Assembly: GCF_947498015.1 (NCBI RefSeq)
Contig: NZ_CANMIR010000005.1
Location: 97,551 to 161,550 of the forward strand
Origin: an uncultured Neptuniibacter sp.
Lineage (GTDB): Bacteria; Pseudomonadota; Gammaproteobacteria; Pseudomonadales; Balneatricaceae
Reading direction: 5' to 3'
Length of the DNA stretch: 64,000 nucleotides
In this document: in pieces, positions 58,627-64,000 of the stretch
Position numbering within the stretch: position 1 is the first letter of the stretch
Layout: each line of letters opens with the position of its first letter
The notes under the pieces: generated by a model
Seen by the model: only the letters and a program-made list of their open reading frames with translations
Databases searched by the model: none
What the model was told of the DNA's origin: nothing
Program-made: the position numbers and the translations under genes

Positions 58627-59247
58627 ATGTTAACTACGATTCGTCAGCGTCTGGATAGCTTTGAACCCCGACGTTTTCCCTCAACCCAGCCAAAGGCCAG
58701 TGTGCTGATCGCATTAACTGATCATGATGACCCAGAGGTTATTCTGACAAAACGATCTGCGAGGCTTTCTACCCACAGTGGTGAGATCGCTTTTCCTGGT
58801 GGGAAGCATGATGCAACTGATCCCGATCTTCTCTATACCGCCCTGAGAGAAGCGCATGAGGAGGTTGGATTACCGCCCGATCAGGTTGACGTTATCGGGC
58901 CTTTAGGACAGGTTTTATCTAAGCATGGCTTACAGGTTACGCCCTGGGTGGGTGTTATTCCCCGCTCCCTAGAGTTGGTCGCTAATCCGGGTGAGCTGGA
59001 TGAAGTATTTAGTGTTCCTTTGAGCTTTTTTATTGAGGATCAGCGGTATTCAACTGATGAGATTCGTTTCAAAGGTAAAAATATGTATGTGCCGGCCTGG
59101 GAGTATGAGGGGCACATTATCTGGGGGTTGACCGCTTACATGCTGGTGGAACTCTTGAATGAGGGGTGTGGTGCCGGTATCCCAATGAAACCACGACCTG
59201 AACATAAAATCCGTCATTTCTCTAATGATTCACAGGAGTGGTTATGA
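58627..59247 (+). CDS. nudL: CoA pyrophosphatase (NudL-like)
   Basis: [20 protein letters not shown] and IWGLTA motifs. Confidence 0.88.
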   Translation: MLTTIRQRLDSFEPRRFPSTQPKASVLIALTDHDDPEVILTKRSARLSTHSGEIAFPGGKHDATDPDLLYTALREAHEEVGLPPDQVDVIGPLGQVLSKHGLQVTPWVGVIPRSLELVANPGELDEVFSVPLSFFIEDQRYSTDEIRFKGKNMYVPAWEYEGHIIWGLTAYMLVELLNEGCGAGIPMKPRPEHKIRHFSNDSQEWL

Positions 59248-59768
59248 TCTATTCCCTTGAAGGGCAAAGTGTCAGATTGATCGGGGAGGAGCACTTTGTT
59301 GCTGAAAATGCCACCGTCATAGGCAATGTTGAGCTGCATAACTGCAGTAGTGTTTGGTTCAATGTTGTTATCCGAGGGGATAATGACCCGATTATTATTG
59401 GCGAGGGAACAAATATTCAAGATGGGGCTGTGCTCCATACCGATCCCGGGTTTACGCTCCGCCTTGGACGGGATGTTACGGTTGGGCATATGGCGATGTT
59501 ACATGGCTGTGAGGTTGGGGAGGGCTCTTTAATTGGCATTGGGGCAGTTGTTTTAAATGGTGCTCGTATCGGTAAAGGGTGCCTGATCGGTGCGAATGCG
59601 CTGGTGCCTGAAGGGATGGAGGTTCCCGATTACTCTCTGGTGGTTGGATCTCCAGCAAAAGTGAAACGAACTCTCAGTGAATCTCAAATAGCAGGGTTGC
59701 GGGTGAATGCGGCGCATTATGTGGATAATATGCGTCGCTTTAATCGGAGTTTTGAGGTGCAGCGCTAA
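59244..59768 (+). CDS. Gamma carbonic anhydrase family protein
   Basis: [27 protein letters not shown] hexapeptide repeats and GSPAKVKR. Confidence 0.93.
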   Translation: MIYSLEGQSVRLIGEEHFVAENATVIGNVELHNCSSVWFNVVIRGDNDPIIIGEGTNIQDGAVLHTDPGFTLRLGRDVTVGHMAMLHGCEVGEGSLIGIGAVVLNGARIGKGCLIGANALVPEGMEVPDYSLVVGSPAKVKRTLSESQIAGLRVNAAHYVDNMRRFNRSFEVQR

Positions 59769-59773
59769 ATCCT

Positions 59774-59965
59774 ATGAGTAAAGCAGAAGAAAAACCGGTA
59801 CCGAATCCCTGTGTGGGCGTTTGTGCGTTAGATGAAAATGACCTCTGTATCGCCTGCCAGAGGAGCGGCATCGAAATAGCTGAATGGGGCGTTTACTCTA
59901 ACGAAGATAAGCGGCAGGTTTGGGAAAAGATCAAACAGCGCGAACAAGGCCATCTGATTAAGTAG
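59774..59965 (+). CDS. DUF1289-type small Fe-S/Cys protein
   Basis: NPCVGVC...CIACQRS..EI.EW motif. Confidence 0.88.
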   Translation: MSKAEEKPVPNPCVGVCALDENDLCIACQRSGIEIAEWGVYSNEDKRQVWEKIKQREQGHLIK

Positions 59966-59973
59966 GTAGTTTG

Positions 59974-60273
59974 ATGAATGTAATGATCGATATCTGCATC
60001 GTACCTTTGGGGGTCGGTGTATCAGTGTCTGAATATGTCACTGCGTGTCAGCGAGTCCTGAAGGAAGCGGGCTTAACGCATCAGATGCATGCTTATGGTA
60101 CCAATGTTGAGGGCGACTGGGATGAGGTAATGGCTGCGGTGAAACGTTGTCATGAGGTTGTGCACGAGATGGGCGCCCCTAGAATTACCACCTCTATGCG
60201 ACTGGGCACCCGAATCGATCGTGAACAGAGCATGGATGATAAGATCCAAAGCGTGAAGGTGAAGTTGGGATAA
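59974..60273 (+). CDS. MTH1187-family thiamine-binding protein
   Basis: IVPLGVGVSVSEYV, HAYGTNVEGDW and GAPRITT motifs. Confidence 0.88.
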   Translation: MNVMIDICIVPLGVGVSVSEYVTACQRVLKEAGLTHQMHAYGTNVEGDWDEVMAAVKRCHEVVHEMGAPRITTSMRLGTRIDREQSMDDKIQSVKVKLG

Positions 60274-60278
60274 GAGCC

Positions 60279-60300
60279 GGGGCCATTGAGGTGGCCCCTT
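60279..60300. terminator. Hairpin between the convergent MTH1187 and corC-like genes
   Basis: ggggccat-tgag-gtggcccc; U-tracts are weak. Confidence 0.5.
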
Positions 60301-60310
60301 CTAACAGTCA

Positions 60311-61582
60311 TTACTCTTCGGTAACTTTCGGTAGTGCGATAATACGCGCCGTCTTGATAACGTTATCGCTGATCTGGAGGGTTTCGATGCGATAGTTCTC
60401 AAGCTGCAGGCAGATATTCGCATCTGGGATCGATTCCAGTGTTTCTGTGATCAGGCCGTTCATCGTTTTAGGGCCATCGGTTGGCAGCTCCCACTCCAGT
60501 GCTTTATTCACATCACGGATGTAAGCGGAGCCATCGACAAAATAGCTGCCATCTTCCTGTAGGTAGATATCCTGATTCTCCTCTTTGTTATTCGAGGAAA
60601 GTTCGCCGACAATCTCTTCTAGAATATCTTCCAGGGTTACGATCCCCTGAATATCACCGTATTCATCGACAACCAGGCCGATGCGTCTGTTCTGGGACTG
60701 GAAATGTAGCAGCTGAGTCTGTAGTGGTGTGCTTTCAGGGATAAAGTAAGGCTCCCGAATAACCTGTAAAATCGCGGCCTTAGTAACTGTACCCTCGTGG
60801 AAGACCTGTGCGAGGTTGCGCATATGGAGTAAACCAACGACTTTGTTCAATTCGCCCTGAAAAACCGGAAGGCGGGTGTGTTCTGTCTGGCTTAACTGCC
60901 CGATAATCGTATCCAGATCATCATCCAGATCTATGCCGATCACCTCATTTCGCGGGATCATGATATCGTTGACCGTCACCTCTGACAGTTCCAGAACCCC
61001 CAGTAGCATATTTTGGTTGTTCTGGGGGAGTAATGCGCCTGCTTCATGTACTAACGTACGAAGCTCTTCTGTGCTGAGATGGTGGTTATTGTCCCCGGTC
61101 ACATTGACTCCGAAGAGGCGTAGGAATGTATTGGTAATACCATTAATGATCCATACGATCGGATAGATCAGTTTGAGTAAGGGGGCCAGGATATACGCTG
61201 CGGGGAACGCAATTTTCTCAGGGTGGAGAGCCGCCATGGTTTTGGGTGAGACTTCGGCGAATATCAGAATGACGACCGTCAGCATTGCCGTGGCAATCGC
61301 AATACCTGCATCACCCCAGAGTCTGACTGCAACAACAGTCGCTATTGCAGAAGCGAGAATATTGACAAAGTTGTTACCGATCAGAATAACGCCGATCAAA
61401 CGATCAGGGCGCTCCAGCAGCTTGCTGGCTTTACGGGCACCGCGATGCTTCTTTTTGACCAGATGTTTTAACCGATAGCGGTTAAGCGACATCATGCCGG
61501 TTTCAGAGCTGGAGAAAAATGCGGAACAAAAGATCAGGAAGCAGAGAACCCCTAAGAGAAAACCTATCGACGCGTCTTCCAA
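60311..61582 (-). CDS. HlyC/CorC (CNNM-CBS-CorC) membrane protein, YfjD-like
   Basis: FFSSSETGM, ILIGNNFVNI, FAEVSPKT, CBS pair with VVDEYGDIQGIVTLEDILEEIVGE; TTG start. Confidence 0.93.
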   Translation of the reverse strand: MEDASIGFLLGVLCFLIFCSAFFSSSETGMMSLNRYRLKHLVKKKHRGARKASKLLERPDRLIGVILIGNNFVNILASAIATVVAVRLWGDAGIAIATAMLTVVILIFAEVSPKTMAALHPEKIAFPAAYILAPLLKLIYPIVWIINGITNTFLRLFGVNVTGDNNHHLSTEELRTLVHEAGALLPQNNQNMLLGVLELSEVTVNDIMIPRNEVIGIDLDDDLDTIIGQLSQTEHTRLPVFQGELNKVVGLLHMRNLAQVFHEGTVTKAAILQVIREPYFIPESTPLQTQLLHFQSQNRRIGLVVDEYGDIQGIVTLEDILEEIVGELSSNNKEENQDIYLQEDGSYFVDGSAYIRDVNKALEWELPTDGPKTMNGLITETLESIPDANICLQLENYRIETLQISDNVIKTARIIALPKVTEE

Positions 61583-61672
61583 GACTGTATGCCTATATTA
61601 TGAATGGAGTGACATTTTTAAATTTGGCTTCAACACTGTCAAGACGTATCAAAGTATTAAGTCATTGAAGGG

Positions 61673-62458
61673 CTATACAAACCACTCAATGACCATTTTG
61701 CTACCGAAGAAACCCAGTGCCAGAGTAATGAAGCTGGCAATTGTCCAGCGCACTGCTGTATTACTACGCCAGCCAAAACTGATGCGCCCAAAGAGCAGAG
61801 TGGCATAGAGGCACCATGCCACGATAGAAAGCACGGTTTTGTGTACCAGGTGCTGTGCGAACAGGTCATCAAAAACGATAAACCCGGTAATCAACGAAGC
61901 TGACAGTAGAATCAACCCGGTCCATACCATCTCAAACAGTAACCGCTCCATTGTTTGTAACGGAGGGAGGGAGGAAACCAGTCCACGGGTATGATGATGC
62001 TTTAGGGCAGAGACTTGTCGGGATAAAAGGATCGCTTGTAATGCCGCGATGGTAAAAATGCTGTATGCCAGAATGGAGAGAAGGATATGGGCGATTAGGC
62101 CCGCATCATAGGCTTTGCCATCACTTACCCCAGTGACTAAAGCAGCTAAAGCGGTAACTGCAGCCAGGGGGAAGACGCCAATGAACAGATTGTCTACGCT
62201 CTGGCGCAGGCTACTCAAAAGAACCAGGCCAGCGACCAGCCAGGAGATCAAAGAACCTGCACTGAAAAGACTGAGGTTAATGCCAGAGGGTTGATGCAAA
62301 ATCAGATAGATAGCAAATGTGTGTGCAACCAGGCCAGCAAGCCCAAGGCTCTGATTTATCGTTCTGGATTGTTTACGATCACCCCGCATCACCTGCCATT
62401 GCAGAAAACCTGCAGTGGAATAAAGCAAAACTGCAACAAGGGTGGAAATGTTTAACAT
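61673..62458 (-). CDS. Cytochrome c assembly family inner-membrane protein (YpjD/CcsA-like)
   Basis: Multi-TM protein with LPPLQTME, HLVHKT and GWR motifs; divergent from ffh. Start placed at MLNIS (62458). Confidence 0.88.
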   Translation of the reverse strand: MLNISTLVAVLLYSTAGFLQWQVMRGDRKQSRTINQSLGLAGLVAHTFAIYLILHQPSGINLSLFSAGSLISWLVAGLVLLSSLRQSVDNLFIGVFPLAAVTALAALVTGVSDGKAYDAGLIAHILLSILAYSIFTIAALQAILLSRQVSALKHHHTRGLVSSLPPLQTMERLLFEMVWTGLILLSASLITGFIVFDDLFAQHLVHKTVLSIVAWCLYATLLFGRISFGWRSNTAVRWTIASFITLALGFFGSKMVIEWFV

Positions 62459-62686
62459 CGTCGTCTCTTCTGTCCAGTGTTCCGGTAGAACAGTGTTTAC
62501 AGGGTGGAGCGTTAGTTTGTCATAGAAAGAGAACGGATAAAAGCGATGCAATCCTCCTATATAGAGTGGGGGGCTGCTATGCATACCCTGAGTACGGTAT
62601 AATGCTGCGATTCGTATTCCCAGTTTATCCATTTCCCCGCACATCACTGCCGTAAACAGTTAACGCCGGGGGGTTTGAGGCAGGAC

Positions 62687-64000
62687 ATGTTTGAGAATTT
62701 AACAGAACGACTTACGCATACGCTCCGCTCCGTTACCGGACAGGCAAAACTGACCGAAGAGAATATCAAGGGGACATTGCGTGAAGTGCGTATGGCGCTG
62801 CTGGAAGCAGACGTGGCGCTGCCCGTTGTTAAAGAGTTTGTTAATGGCGTTAAAGAGCGTGCGGTTGGTGCAGAAGTCACTAAAAGCCTGACTCCGGGTC
62901 AGGTCTTTGTAAAGATAGTCAATGAAGAGATGATCAAGGTGATGGGGGAGGCAAATGAGCAGCTGAACCTGGCTACATCTCCTCCTGCAGTTGTTCTGAT
63001 GGCAGGTCTGCAGGGGGCGGGTAAAACAACCTCTGTAGCTAAACTGGGTCGCCACCTGCGTGAGCGTGAGAAGAAGAAAGTTCTGGTTGTTTCTGCGGAT
63101 GTTTATCGTCCTGCTGCGATCAAACAGTTGGAAACTCTGGCGGGTGAAGTTCAGGTCGATTTCTTCCCATCTACCGCCGATCAGGATCCGGTAGATATTG
63201 CGAATGCAGCTATCGCGCATGCTCGCATTCAGCATCATGATGTAGTTTTGGTCGATACTGCCGGTCGTCTGCATGTCGATGAAAATATGATGGGCGAGAT
63301 TAAACGCCTTCATGCGGCTGTAAACCCGATTGAGACGTTATTTGTCGTTGACGCAATGACCGGTCAGGATGCGGCAAACACCGCTCGCGCATTTAATGAA
63401 GTGCTTCCTTTAACCGGTGTCGTACTGACCAAAACAGACGGTGATGCCCGTGGTGGTGCAGCACTTTCTGTCCGCCAGATCACGGGTAAACCGATTAAGT
63501 TCCTGGGTGTTGGCGAGAAAGTTGATGCCTTAGAACCGTTCCATCCGGATCGTATTGCCTCCCGTATCCTGGGTATGGGTGATGTGCTCTCCCTGATAGA
63601 GGAAGCAGAGCAAAAGCTTGATAAAGCCAAAGCGGAGAAATTCGCCAAGAAGATCAAAAAAGGTAAAGGTTTTGATCTTGAAGACTTCCGTGAGCAGATC
63701 TCCCAGATGAAAAATATGGGGGGCATGATGGGCATGCTCGACAAACTGCCTGGAATGGGACAATTGGCTCAGGCGGCTGATGCGGCTAATGCAGAGAAAG
63801 GGATGCATCAGATGGAAGCGATCATCAATTCGATGACACCGTTGGAACGTCGCAAGCCTGAGATTATCTCTGGTTCACGAAAAAAGCGTATCGCGATGGG
63901 ATCAGGGACACAGATACAGGATGTTAATCGCTTGTTAAAACAGCATAAGCAGATGTCGAAGATGATGAAAAAATTCAGCGGCAAAGGCGGCATGACTAAG
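62687..64000 (+). CDS. ffh: Signal recognition particle protein Ffh (runs off the 3' end; absent from the ORF track)
   Basis: Translated by hand: MFENLTERL, ALLEADVALPVV, GLQGAGKTT, DTAGR, DAMTGQD, TKTDGDARGG and RIASRILGMGD. Confidence 0.97.
   Translation, partial: MFENLTERLTHTLRSVTGQAKLTEENIKGTLREVRMALLEADVALPVVKEFVNGVKERAVGAEVTKSLTPGQVFVKIVNEEMIKVMGEANEQLNLATSPPAVVLMAGLQGAGKTTSVAKLGRHLREREKKKVLVVSADVYRPAAIKQLETLAGEVQVDFFPSTADQDPVDIANAAIAHARIQHHDVVLVDTAGRLHVDENMMGEIKRLHAAVNPIETLFVVDAMTGQDAANTARAFNEVLPLTGVVLTKTDGDARGGAALSVRQITGKPIKFLGVGEKVDALEPFHPDRIASRILGMGDVLSLIEEAEQKLDKAKAEKFAKKIKKGKGFDLEDFREQISQMKNMGGMMGMLDKLPGMGQLAQAADAANAEKGMHQMEAIINSMTPLERRKPEIISGSRKKRIAMGSGTQIQDVNRLLKQHKQMSKMMKKFSGKGGMTK

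Noticed and set aside
62699-63993. Minus-strand ORFs listed over the last 1.3 kb
   Set aside because: They are antisense to ffh, which the ORF track missed because it has no stop codon inside the window.

Overview
Chromosomal window from a marine, Na+-cycle gammaproteobacterium; gene content and order suggest Oceanospirillales (Neptuniibacter/Amphritea-like), which is an inference. Most of it is core genome: gltBD, hemE, can, metY, radA, ettA, glyA, the nrdR-rib-nusB-thiL-pgpA operon, xseB-ispA-dxs, pomAB, ssrA/smpB, bamE-fur-recN-grpE-dnaK-dnaJ-cysE-dapB, a nudix/nudL/gamma-CA block, corC-like and ccsA-like genes, and a partial ffh. Two accessory stretches stand out. (1) A block of about 16.6 kb (41250-57894) is flanked by two c-di-GMP enzymes. 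It holds one tightly coupled 13-gene run: a group 3b [NiFe]-hydrogenase (beta, gamma, delta, alpha, maturation protease), a stand-alone YqfO/PII-like protein, and a V/A-type ATPase in the order B-D-I-K-E-C-A whose c subunit carries a Na+-binding signature. This is the best candidate for an undescribed system. (2) A cluster of small genes beyond the tmRNA 3' end includes PPK2, an exported rhodanese, a perfect 47-bp palindrome and a small Cys-rich protein. Several core proteins are also atypical: Fur has lost three ligands of one metal site, DXS has an in-frame loop deletion, and RibB is fused to a degenerate GTP cyclohydrolase II domain. No CRISPR array, transposase, integrase, rRNA or tRNA was seen. 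All calls come from motif recognition by eye; no database searches were run.
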